A stretch of DNA of 24,000 nucleotides from Faecalibacillus intestinalis. GTDB taxonomy: Bacteria > Bacillota_I > Bacilli_A > Erysipelotrichales > Coprobacillaceae. The position numbers and the translations under genes are program-made. A model generated the notes under the pieces. That model was not told the DNA's origin. It saw only the letters and a list, made by a program, of their open reading frames with translations, and searched no databases. Position 1 is the stretch's first letter. Every line of letters starts with the position of its first letter. The DNA is taken from positions 109,817-133,816 of the forward strand of contig NZ_PYLQ01000005.1 in assembly GCF_003024685.1 (NCBI RefSeq), written 5' to 3'. Of the stretch, positions 9,795-17,705 are shown piece by piece.

Positions 9795-10448
9795 TTATAA
9801 ACCTCTTAATTCTTTTATAATTTCTTGATAACTTTTATCTTTTCCAAATAAAGCGCTTGTTCCTAGAATAAATCCTTTAACACCTATCTTTGATAACATT
9901 TCGATTTTTTCTGGAGAACATGCCCCATCAATCATGACATCATATCCACCATAATTCTTTGCTTCATCGACAAACTTTTTGAATTTTGGTGTAACAAAAT
10001 CTAAATACTTTTGCCCTGCAAATCCTGGATTGACACTCATCAACATGACATAGTCACATAGATGTAATAAGTCTTTGACTGTTTCAAAAGATGTTCCTGG
10101 ATTGATGGCTATTCCTGCTTTTGCCCCGGCATCTTTGATCATTTGTAAAGTTCTACAAGCATGTGGATCAATTTCAGGATGAATATAGATAATTTTTGCT
10201 CCTAAACTTGCAAATTTCTCAACATATTTAGATGGATTTTCAATCATCAAATGAACATCGCATGGTTTTATTGCTGTCTTACAGATATATTCGATATCTT
10301 GTAATCCCATTCCAAAGTTAGGAACGAAGCTTCCATCCATAACATCTAGATGGAAGATATCGATTCCTCCTTCTTCTAAATCTTTTATTTCTTTTTTTAG
10401 TGATGCAAAATTTGCACACATCATACTTGGACATAATAATTTTTCCAT
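9795..10448 (-). CDS. Ribulose-phosphate 3-epimerase family (Rpe / D-allulose-6-phosphate 3-epimerase AlsE)
   Basis: LLCPSMMCANFASLKKEIKDLEEGGIDIFHLDVMDGSFVPNFGMG...CDVHLMIENP...IYIHPE...GIAINPGTSFETV...VMLMSVNPGFAGQKYLDFV. Confidence 0.93.
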   Translation of the reverse strand: MEKLLCPSMMCANFASLKKEIKDLEEGGIDIFHLDVMDGSFVPNFGMGLQDIEYICKTAIKPCDVHLMIENPSKYVEKFASLGAKIIYIHPEIDPHACRTLQMIKDAGAKAGIAINPGTSFETVKDLLHLCDYVMLMSVNPGFAGQKYLDFVTPKFKKFVDEAKNYGGYDVMIDGACSPEKIEMLSKIGVKGFILGTSALFGKDKSYQEIIKELRGL

Positions 10449-10449
10449 A

Positions 10450-11919
10450 TTAGCTCAAATCTTCTCCGTTACTTTCTATGACTTTTTTATACCAATAAAA
10501 TGAGTCTTTTTTATAACGATTAAACGTACCATTTCCTTCATCATCCATATCTACATAGATAAAACCGTATCGTTTAGTAATTTGACCACTTGATGCAGAA
10601 ACAAGATCAATAGCGCTCCAAGTAGTATATCCAATCACATTTACTCCTTCAGTAATTGCTTGTTTCATAGAATTTATATGTTGTCTTAAATAATCAATAC
10701 GATAAACATCATGAATTTTATAGTCATTGGTCAATACGTCTGTTGCGCCCAATCCATTTTCAATAATTAATAGAGGCATTTGATAGCGCCCATATAACTC
10801 ATGTAATACATATTTTAAACCATCTGGATCCATTGCCCAATCCCATTCGCTATATTGTAAATATGGATTCCTATTGCCAATTGATAAGTTACCTTTTGCC
10901 ATATCTTCATCAACTTTATGAACTGTTATACAGTTACTCATATAATAAGAAAAAGCAATAAAATCAACCTTTCCGTCCAATAAGTCTCTTTCATCTTGTT
11001 GTTTTATATCTAAAGTAATACCCAACTTATTCCAAATATTTTGAGCATAGTATGGATATTGACCACGAACTTGAACATCTGTTGTGTAGTAACACATATT
11101 TCTAAATGTTTCCTGACTTATTAAAACATCCTTAGGATCACATGTTAAAGGATAATATGCCAACGAACTAAACATACATCCTACTTGATTTAAAGAATTA
11201 ATATCATGTGCAAGTTTTACAACTTTTGCACTTGCAACTAATTGGTAATGCAATTGACTAAAATTATTTTGTGATACTTCTCTTGGCAAATCATATGGTA
11301 AAAATGAAGGTATTGCTAAAGAATTAATTTCATTAAATGTCACCCAATATCTGACCAAATCTTTATATTCTTTAAAACACACCTTTGCAAATTGATAGAA
11401 TTCCTCAATCATTTGACGATTACTCCATCCACCAAATTTTTCTTCTAAATAAACAGGGATATCATATTTATGTAAAGTTACTAAAGGTTCAATATCATAC
11501 TTTTTACATTCTTTTAATACGTTATAATAGAATTCAACGCCCTTTTTATTAACCCCATTTTCATATCCTTTAGGGAATATCCTTGCCCATGAAATAGATA
11601 AATTCAATGTTTTTAATCCCATTTCACCAAATAAGGCAATATCTTCTTTGTATCGATGATAAAAATCTACAGCATTATGGTTAATATAATAATAATTATC
11701 ATGCATATCATAATGGTAATTAGATGGTAATGTAGCAAAAAAAGGATATAATCCCTGATTTCCATTATCATCCACATATGTTTTCATGCGCATCCCAGAT
11801 TGCGAACCAACAGTTCCATAATCTGATGCAATAGGGGTTTTTCCATCTAGATTCCACCCGCCCTCACATTGAGAAGCAGCGATATCTGAGCCCCATAAAA
11901 ATTCTTTGGGAAATTTCAT
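10450..11919 (-). CDS. Glycoside hydrolase family 1, 6-phospho-beta-glucosidase-like
   Basis: 489 aa with FPKEFLWGSDIAASQCEGGW, LNLSISWARIFPKG, VTFNEIN (acid/base) and LLIIENGLGATD (nucleophile). Confidence 0.92.
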   Translation of the reverse strand: MKFPKEFLWGSDIAASQCEGGWNLDGKTPIASDYGTVGSQSGMRMKTYVDDNGNQGLYPFFATLPSNYHYDMHDNYYYINHNAVDFYHRYKEDIALFGEMGLKTLNLSISWARIFPKGYENGVNKKGVEFYYNVLKECKKYDIEPLVTLHKYDIPVYLEEKFGGWSNRQMIEEFYQFAKVCFKEYKDLVRYWVTFNEINSLAIPSFLPYDLPREVSQNNFSQLHYQLVASAKVVKLAHDINSLNQVGCMFSSLAYYPLTCDPKDVLISQETFRNMCYYTTDVQVRGQYPYYAQNIWNKLGITLDIKQQDERDLLDGKVDFIAFSYYMSNCITVHKVDEDMAKGNLSIGNRNPYLQYSEWDWAMDPDGLKYVLHELYGRYQMPLLIIENGLGATDVLTNDYKIHDVYRIDYLRQHINSMKQAITEGVNVIGYTTWSAIDLVSASSGQITKRYGFIYVDMDDEGNGTFNRYKKDSFYWYKKVIESNGEDLS

Positions 11920-11930
11920 ATTAATATCTC

Positions 11931-13331
11931 CTAACTATTTTCTAAATTTTTTTCTCCATATAAAATAAATGTAACAACAAATGCAACTATGCAACCAACA
12001 ATAGTACCTGGAAATGAACGTACCAAGTTATTAACTCCACCGGATAATAGCGCAGTCCAACCAATAAAATTTGATGATGATAGAGCATATACACCTACGT
12101 TAAGCATACGATGTATTCCTCCTGCTATTGCCATACCTAAACATGGAGCTAACATCAATTTGAAATTTTTCATATATATACCAAATATACTTGGTTCCAT
12201 TACTCCACCAACAATGGCAGAAATTGCACATTCTCTACAAGTTAATTTTGTTTTTTTATTTTTTGACTTAAAAGAAATCGCTAAATCTGTTACTGCAACA
12301 ATCAAAAATTGACTAGCAAATTGAGCAGGAAGTAACGAATAGTTTACACCCGCTGTAAAAAGATCCATAACAAAAATTGCGCCTAATGCTTGATGTAATC
12401 CAAATGCAACAAATAATTCATATAATCCAGAAACAATAAATGCTACAAGTACTGGAGATACAGATTCTAACATTTGAATAGGTGAAGCAATAACATATCC
12501 TAATGAAGTTCCTAACGGTGTAATAACGTATAAACAAATCGGTAAACAAATTAACAATTCTAAAATTCCTACAAAAACAAATTTGAACATATCAGGAATA
12601 AATCTATTTAATATCTTTTCAATTTTTGACAATAGCCAAATTTCGATAATAACAGGAATAATTTGAGTATTTAATGTAATTGCCATTGGAGCTGCTCCAA
12701 ATATATTTAAAGTTCCTTCACTTACTCCTGTCATCCAATCAGAACTTAACTGAATACAAATTAGTACTAATGCAAATATTGGTGAACATCCAAATTTTTT
12801 TGACGAAGTATAAGCAATAAGTACTGGAGCGAAAAATGTGATAGCATTTTGTGCAATTGTTAAATAATTGTAAATACTTGATTTTGTACTAACCAAATTT
12901 AAACAAGTAGGTCCAATTATCGAAGTAATTGCAGCGAACATCCCCATTGCAATAAACGCTCCTAAACAAGGAACAATACACTCTGTCATAGTTGTTAAAA
13001 TATTTTTAAAAACGTCTTTAATATTCTTTTTTTTCTTAGGTACATCTAAATTTTCATTAATAGCATCACTAGCAATAAAATTTCCTTGTTTACAAACTTC
13101 GTCATAAACTCCATTTACTGCTGTACCAATAATAATTTGCAATTGTTCTCCAACCCACAATCTTCCATTAGTACCATCTAATTCATTTAATTCTTCATCT
13201 CTGACCAAACTTCGATCTTTGACATTAAAACGCAAACGTGTCATACAATGTTCACAAAACGAAATATTCTCTGCACCACCGACTAACATTAAAATGTTTG
13301 CAGCTAGTCCTGCATAATCTTTTTTTGTCAT
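11931..13331 (-). CDS. PTS beta-glucoside-type transporter, EIIBC (no fused IIA)
   Basis: N-terminal IIB with MLVGGAENISFCEHCMTRLRFNVKD, then a multi-TM IIC with GGVMEPSIFGIYMKN and a final TM segment (LVRSFPGTIVGCIVAFVVTFILYG); ends without an IIA domain. Confidence 0.92.
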   Translation of the reverse strand: MTKKDYAGLAANILMLVGGAENISFCEHCMTRLRFNVKDRSLVRDEELNELDGTNGRLWVGEQLQIIIGTAVNGVYDEVCKQGNFIASDAINENLDVPKKKKNIKDVFKNILTTMTECIVPCLGAFIAMGMFAAITSIIGPTCLNLVSTKSSIYNYLTIAQNAITFFAPVLIAYTSSKKFGCSPIFALVLICIQLSSDWMTGVSEGTLNIFGAAPMAITLNTQIIPVIIEIWLLSKIEKILNRFIPDMFKFVFVGILELLICLPICLYVITPLGTSLGYVIASPIQMLESVSPVLVAFIVSGLYELFVAFGLHQALGAIFVMDLFTAGVNYSLLPAQFASQFLIVAVTDLAISFKSKNKKTKLTCRECAISAIVGGVMEPSIFGIYMKNFKLMLAPCLGMAIAGGIHRMLNVGVYALSSSNFIGWTALLSGGVNNLVRSFPGTIVGCIVAFVVTFILYGEKNLENS

Positions 13332-13401
13332 AATTTTTCCTCTCTCTTTCTTTTTTTATTTTATCAACATATTCGCGCGATTCTATGTTGTTAAAATCCA
13401 T

Positions 13402-13457
13402 TAAAAAACCTCAGGCATTAAAAATTCTACAATAGCAAAATTTTATATACCTGAGGT
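13402..13457 (-). terminator. Attenuator terminator between the antiterminator gene and the EIIBC gene
   Basis: Minus-strand ACCTCAGG (13457-13450) ... CCTGAGGT (13415-13408) with an AT-rich inner stem and T6 following, in a same-strand intergenic region. Confidence 0.8.
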
Positions 13458-13483
13458 CACGCCCACTACGCAAGGTAACGCCC
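13455..13483 (-). promoter_or_regulatory. Candidate RAT (ribonucleic antiterminator) site 2
   Basis: Minus strand GGGCGTTACCTTGCGTAGTGGGCGTGACC, whose 3' ACC overlaps the 5' arm of the terminator as expected for BglG/LicT-type control. Weaker match to RAT than site 1. Confidence 0.45.
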
Positions 13484-13484
13484 T

Positions 13485-14324
13485 CTATCGATTGCTTAGA
13501 CAATCTTCTCTTGTACACAATCTATTAACATGCAATATCAAATATATCTTTTCATCATCTGTTAAAACACATTTCATTGCATCTTCTAAATAAATAGTTA
13601 TTTTTTCGACTATTCTATTAGTTTTTGGATAACATTTTATCAAAGTATCATACATTTCTGAGTTCTTTGAAAATATATATTTTCCTTTTTTTCCTCTTTT
13701 AAATAAATAATTCATATGTGAAACAAAACGTGAATAATTAAATCCATTCTTATCAATATTTATTTTTAAATATTGTTCTATAATTTTTATGATATCCTGT
13801 ATCATATCTTCATTTCGTTTTTCTTCATTTCTACCAACAGATATTTCTGCATTAATGATATGCAAAGCTATCATTCCTGCTTCAACTTCTGGTAAAGATA
13901 CGCTTAACATTTTATTAATTGTATGCAATCCAAACAGTCCTACAGCATATTCATTTTCATACAAGTGTTCTACATCTTTAAATATTGGTAAACTAATATC
14001 TATATTCTCTTCATACCTTTTTATTGCAAAATTAATATGATCTGCCAAAGTAAAAATAACATTAGGATTTATTGTTTTTTTCAAATGGCTTCTACAATAA
14101 TCAATTATTTTGATAGAAACATCTAAAATGTCTTGAGAAATATGAGCTATCATATCTACATATTCAGTTTTAACTTTATAGTAAGTCCTATCTATTTTTG
14201 ATAATTCAATTATATCATTATTTTTTTTCTTAAATCCTATTCCTTTTCCAAAAGCAACTACTTCATTTTCATTGTTATCTAAACATATAACAACATTATT
14301 ATTAATGGTTCTGAGTACTCTCAT
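13485..14324 (-). CDS. BglG/LicT-family transcriptional antiterminator (CAT-RBD + two PRDs)
   Basis: MRVLRTINNNVVICLDNNENEVVAFGKGIGFKKKNNDII (RNA-binding domain), followed by PRD segments with HISQDI, FTLADHINFAIKR, VGLFGLHTINKML and SHMNYLFKR. Confidence 0.93.
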   Translation of the reverse strand: MRVLRTINNNVVICLDNNENEVVAFGKGIGFKKKNNDIIELSKIDRTYYKVKTEYVDMIAHISQDILDVSIKIIDYCRSHLKKTINPNVIFTLADHINFAIKRYEENIDISLPIFKDVEHLYENEYAVGLFGLHTINKMLSVSLPEVEAGMIALHIINAEISVGRNEEKRNEDMIQDIIKIIEQYLKINIDKNGFNYSRFVSHMNYLFKRGKKGKYIFSKNSEMYDTLIKCYPKTNRIVEKITIYLEDAMKCVLTDDEKIYLILHVNRLCTREDCLSNR

Positions 14325-14340
14325 AATATTACCTCTTTTA

Positions 14341-14814
14341 TTAATTCTTTGTACATTCCATTATTACTGAGTCAGTCGTCACATCTGTTATATTACTTTT
14401 GAAAACTTTATATTCTGAATTAGTAACAACTATTGGTGTTGTTAAATCTATATTCCTTTCTTTCATAAATTGTCTATTTATTTTTAAAACTGGTGTTCCA
14501 TGTTTTACCCTATCGCCTTCTTTTATTAAAAGTTCAAATCCCTTTCCTTCAAGTGATACAGTATCTAATCCTATATGCATTAAAATTTCTGCTTTATTAT
14601 TTGCTTCAAATCCAATAGCATGTTTAGTCGAAGCAACCAATTTAACTTTCCCATCTAATGGCGCAAACAAAATATCTCCTTCAAATATTAATCCTACTCC
14701 TTCACCCATCATTTTCTTTGAAAAAACAGGATCTGGAACTTTTGATAAGTCTACAACTTTTCCATTTGCCGGTGCATATATTACACATTTTTTCTTTTTT
14801 AATACGTTAATCAT
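14341..14814 (-). CDS. PTS glucose-type EIIA (standalone, Crr-like)
   Basis: APANGKVVDLSKVPDPVFSKKMMGEGVGLIF...LFAPLDGKVKLVASTKHAIGFEANNKAEILMHIGLDTVSLEGKGFELLIKEGDRVKHGTPVLKI, with the conserved H in MHIGLDTV. Confidence 0.94.
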   Translation of the reverse strand: MINVLKKKKCVIYAPANGKVVDLSKVPDPVFSKKMMGEGVGLIFEGDILFAPLDGKVKLVASTKHAIGFEANNKAEILMHIGLDTVSLEGKGFELLIKEGDRVKHGTPVLKINRQFMKERNIDLTTPIVVTNSEYKVFKSNITDVTTDSVIMECTKN

Positions 14815-14838
14815 ATTCTTTCTCCTTATTATATAAAT

Positions 14839-14907
14839 AAAAAACTCTTCAAAGGCAACATAATAAAGTATAAAAATACTTTTATTAGGTCAAGCCTCCA
14901 AAGAGTT
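14839..14907 (-). terminator. Leader attenuator terminator upstream of EIIA
   Basis: Minus-strand 14-nt arms AACTCTTTGGAGGC (14907-14894) / GCCTTTGAAGAGTT (14856-14843), three G-U wobble pairs, followed by T6. Confidence 0.88.
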
Positions 14908-14914
14908 ACATTCC
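14888..14914 (-). promoter_or_regulatory. RAT (ribonucleic antiterminator) site 1
   Basis: Minus strand GGAATGTAACTCTTTGGAGGCTTGACC resembles the BglG/LicT RAT pattern GGATTGTTACTG...CAGGCAAAACC and overlaps the 5' terminator arm. Confidence 0.75.
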
Positions 14915-14928
14915 TAAATCACAAAGAA

Positions 14929-14957
14929 ATACTAACATTCTATGATGTTTTTGTCAA
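14929..14957 (-). promoter_or_regulatory. Sigma-A-like promoter of the PTS operon
   Basis: Minus strand TTGACA (14957-14952), 17-nt spacer, TAGTAT (14934-14929), just upstream of RAT site 1. Confidence 0.75.
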
Positions 14958-15018
14958 TATTTTGTTAAAATTTATATTAACTTTATATTTATATTATTCT
15001 CATTTTTTATTCAATATT

Positions 15019-15609
15019 TTAAATCATCACTAAATCTAATAAATGAATCCCATTTCCCTTTCCAAGTAAAATACCTTTTAAACAACGATTACATGTACAT
15101 ATTACTTGAATACCTTGAAACTGTTGTACATAATCATACATATATTTTTCTTGTATCTCTTTAGAATAATGAGATAAATGGTTATCTTTCAATTCTTTAT
15201 TTTCATAGTGGAGCGTTCCACAATAGATAGAATTTTCTTTATTCTTTTCAATTTCAAGTACCTCAATATTCATTTTTTTTAAAAGACTTCTTACTGCTTG
15301 ATGTATTTCTGGATGATTTCTATCTCTCCAACAATCTTGTAAATACATCTTTTGACCATGATAATCAGGAAATTTAAAATCATCTAATTGATCTAAATAT
15401 TGCCATAAAGACATTGTATTAACTTGATTTTCTATTTGACCTCTACACGCTTGACAAACATAAATACCAATATCTTCTTCATTAAATTTTCTTTGATCAA
15501 TTTTACAACATTTTGCAATATCCATCTTTTCTTTTAAATATTCTCTTACTTTTTTTGCTGTTTGTGGACTTGAAATAGCAAAATTACAACTTGGATAATA
15601 AATATACAT
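15019..15609 (-). CDS. Cys-rich protein resembling CCG/HdrB-type (heterodisulfide reductase) domains
   Basis: 196 aa: MYIYYPSCNF...MDIAKCCKID...IYVCQACRGQIEN...YLQDCWRDRNHPEIHQAVRSLL...VICTCNRCLKG. Cys spacing (C, CC, CxxC, C, CxCxxC) suggests a metal or Fe-S centre. Confidence 0.5.
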   Translation of the reverse strand: MYIYYPSCNFAISSPQTAKKVREYLKEKMDIAKCCKIDQRKFNEEDIGIYVCQACRGQIENQVNTMSLWQYLDQLDDFKFPDYHGQKMYLQDCWRDRNHPEIHQAVRSLLKKMNIEVLEIEKNKENSIYCGTLHYENKELKDNHLSHYSKEIQEKYMYDYVQQFQGIQVICTCNRCLKGILLGKGNGIHLLDLVMI

Positions 15610-15620
15610 TCTCTTTCCTC

Positions 15621-16175
15621 CTATATCATTTGAATAACAACCTCACTGATTCCTGCAAGAACCATAACTAAAATTGGATTCATTTTATATTTTCTAAGTA
15701 ATATTAAACAAAGGATAAAAACAATAATTGCATGGTATCTTATATAAGAAATACCAATTAATGAATCTTTAAAAAATGAAGAAATCAAAATACTGATTCC
15801 ACTAATCGCAATCATCGAAACAACCGCTGGTCTTAAATAAGAAAGAATTGTTTTCATTACTTTCATATCTTTATATTTTACATAAAAATAAGCAAGTAAT
15901 GAAACAAGGATACATGAAGGTAAAATACAACCAAAAGTAGCAATAAGAGCACCAGGTAAATGAGCTACATATTGTCCAACAAATGTTGAAGAATTGACCG
16001 CAATGGGTCCTGGTGTCATTTGGGAAATCGTAATAAGATCCGTAAATGTATTCTGACTGATCCAATGATAGGTGGAGATTACTTGTTGACTAATAAGAGG
16101 TAATGCAGCATAACCACCCCCAAAGCTAAAGAGTCCTATTTGGAAAAATGCCCAAAATAATTGTAAATAAATCAT
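15621..16175 (-). CDS. Chromate transporter (ChrA short-chain half)
   Basis: FFQIGLFSFGGGYAALPLISQQVISTYHWISQNTFTDLITISQMTPGPIAVNSSTFVGQYVAHLPGALIATFGCILPS, typical CHR domain. Confidence 0.93.
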   Translation of the reverse strand: MIYLQLFWAFFQIGLFSFGGGYAALPLISQQVISTYHWISQNTFTDLITISQMTPGPIAVNSSTFVGQYVAHLPGALIATFGCILPSCILVSLLAYFYVKYKDMKVMKTILSYLRPAVVSMIAISGISILISSFFKDSLIGISYIRYHAIIVFILCLILLRKYKMNPILVMVLAGISEVVIQMI

Positions 16176-16741
16176 GCTCTTTCCCTCCTTATAAATAGCT
16201 CAACAAATGCAAGTAAAATACATCCTAAAATAATGTACATAATGTTCACATTTAAAAAGTAATTTAAAACAAAAGCTCCTATCATAATTAAAATATTTCT
16301 TTCTTTATGTTCATCCATGACACTTAAGGCCATATCATAAACCACACTTACGATAATCGCTCCAATTCCAGCGCGCATCCCAAGAAGAATTGCACTGATG
16401 ATTTTATTGGTAATAAATATTTTATAAAAATAAGCAATCACACTAATAATAACGATTGGTGGAATGATTGTGCCAATCACACAAACAATAATCCCTAAAA
16501 TTCCTGCCATTTTATATCCTAAAACAATCGCTCCATTAACAGCTATTGCTCCTGGAGCACTTTGTGCAATCGCTACTAAATCCAACATTTCTTTTTCATC
16601 AATATAATGAAGTTGATCCACAAATCTTTCTTTTAATAAAGAAACAATCACATAACCTCCACCAAAAGTAAATGCTGATAAATAAAGTGTAGAGGTAAAC
16701 AATTCCATTAATAATTTTCTTTTTTCCTTCATTTCTATCAC
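16172..16741 (-). CDS. Chromate transporter (ChrA short-chain half)
   Basis: STLYLSAFTFGGGYVIVSLLKERFVDQLHYIDEKEMLDLVAIAQSAPGAIAVNGAIVLGYKMAGILG; overlaps the next gene by 4 nt. Confidence 0.93.
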   Translation of the reverse strand: MIEMKEKRKLLMELFTSTLYLSAFTFGGGYVIVSLLKERFVDQLHYIDEKEMLDLVAIAQSAPGAIAVNGAIVLGYKMAGILGIIVCVIGTIIPPIVIISVIAYFYKIFITNKIISAILLGMRAGIGAIIVSVVYDMALSVMDEHKERNILIMIGAFVLNYFLNVNIMYIILGCILLAFVELFIRRERA

Positions 16742-16799
16742 CTATTTCATCTTAATACACATTGATTCATCTGTAAAATATTATATAATAATATTATAC

Positions 16800-16815
16800 A
16801 TAGGTATTTACCTAT
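16800..16815. promoter_or_regulatory. Candidate regulator-binding palindrome in the lysR/chrA divergent region
   Basis: Perfect inverted repeat ATAGGTA-tt-TACCTAT immediately upstream of the LysR RBS (AAGGAGG). Confidence 0.45.
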
Positions 16816-16828
16816 ATAAGGAGGCATT

Positions 16829-17680
16829 ATGACATTTAGACATCTAGAAATCTTTATGAGTGTTTATCAAAATCAAAGTATTACTAAAGCATCCAAAGAA
16901 TTACACATTAGCCAACCTTCTGTTTCATTAGCTATTAAAGAATTAGAAGAAAAATATCAAACACCCTTATTTGATCGTATGAACCGTCAAATTTATCCTA
17001 CAAAAAAAGCTCATCTTTTATATAATCATTCATTACAGATTCTTTCATCTCTTGAAAATATGGAAAATGAAATGTATGAAGATCATGTAGAAAATATTTC
17101 TTTTGGTTGTAGTGTCACTATGGCACAAGTTTTTTTACCTCAATTATTAAAAAAATTAAAAATGATTTACCCAACTATTCATTTTCATATTATCGTTAAT
17201 AATCTTGAATATATAGAAAATTTACTTTTAAAAAATGAACTTGATTTTGCTTTAATTGAAACAACACCGCTTCATCAATTAAAAAAAATAGCCTTCTATC
17301 AAGATGAACTTGTTATTATTGTTCATCCAAAACATCCTTTATTAAAAGTAAAAGATTTAAAAGAACTAGAACATTATGATTATTATTCACGTGAAAAAGG
17401 AAGTTCTATTTATGAACTTGTTCATAGTTATTTTATAAGTCATGATTTAGATATTGTGCCAACTATTGAATGTACAAATCCTCATGCTTTAATTGAACTC
17501 GTTAAACAAAATGATGGCTTTTCGATACTTCCTTATTCTTTAGTTAAAGAATCAAAAGAAATAACTTATTTAAAAAATAATGATTTTCAAATACAAAGAA
17601 CGTATCATATTGTCATGCACAAAGACAAAAAACTCCTTCCTCTCTATCAAGAAATATTTGAGCTTATTAAAAAGGAATAA
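16829..17680 (+). CDS. LysR family transcriptional regulator
   Basis: MTFRHLEIFMSVYQNQSITKASKELHISQPSVSLAIKELEEKYQTPLFDRMNRQIYPTKKAHLLYNHSLQIL, canonical LysR HTH. Confidence 0.95.
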   Translation: MTFRHLEIFMSVYQNQSITKASKELHISQPSVSLAIKELEEKYQTPLFDRMNRQIYPTKKAHLLYNHSLQILSSLENMENEMYEDHVENISFGCSVTMAQVFLPQLLKKLKMIYPTIHFHIIVNNLEYIENLLLKNELDFALIETTPLHQLKKIAFYQDELVIIVHPKHPLLKVKDLKELEHYDYYSREKGSSIYELVHSYFISHDLDIVPTIECTNPHALIELVKQNDGFSILPYSLVKESKEITYLKNNDFQIQRTYHIVMHKDKKLLPLYQEIFELIKKE

Positions 17681-17704
17681 TGACCAAAAATCATTATTCC
17701 TTTT
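17670..17704. terminator. Bidirectional terminator between lysR and rsmH
   Basis: Perfect 14-bp inverted repeat AAAAGGAATAATGA-ccaaaaa-TCATTATTCCTTTT between convergent genes; contains the lysR stop codon. Confidence 0.88.
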
Positions 17705-17705
17705 A

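Noticed and set aside
11989-12312. Plus-strand ORF (107 aa)
   Set aside because: Antisense to the EIIBC coding region; shadow ORF with no domain signal.
13789-14040. Plus-strand ORF (83 aa)
   Set aside because: Antisense to the antiterminator gene; no domain or RBS support.
14399-14836. Plus-strand ORF (145 aa)
   Set aside because: Antisense to the well-supported EIIA gene.
14841-14914. Possible T-box or metabolite riboswitch upstream of EIIA
   Set aside because: The leader is short, fits a RAT/terminator overlap, and its antiterminator gene is in the same operon; no T-box motif seen.
15871-16065. Plus-strand ORF (64 aa)
   Set aside because: Antisense to chrA; Cys/Phe-rich shadow translation.
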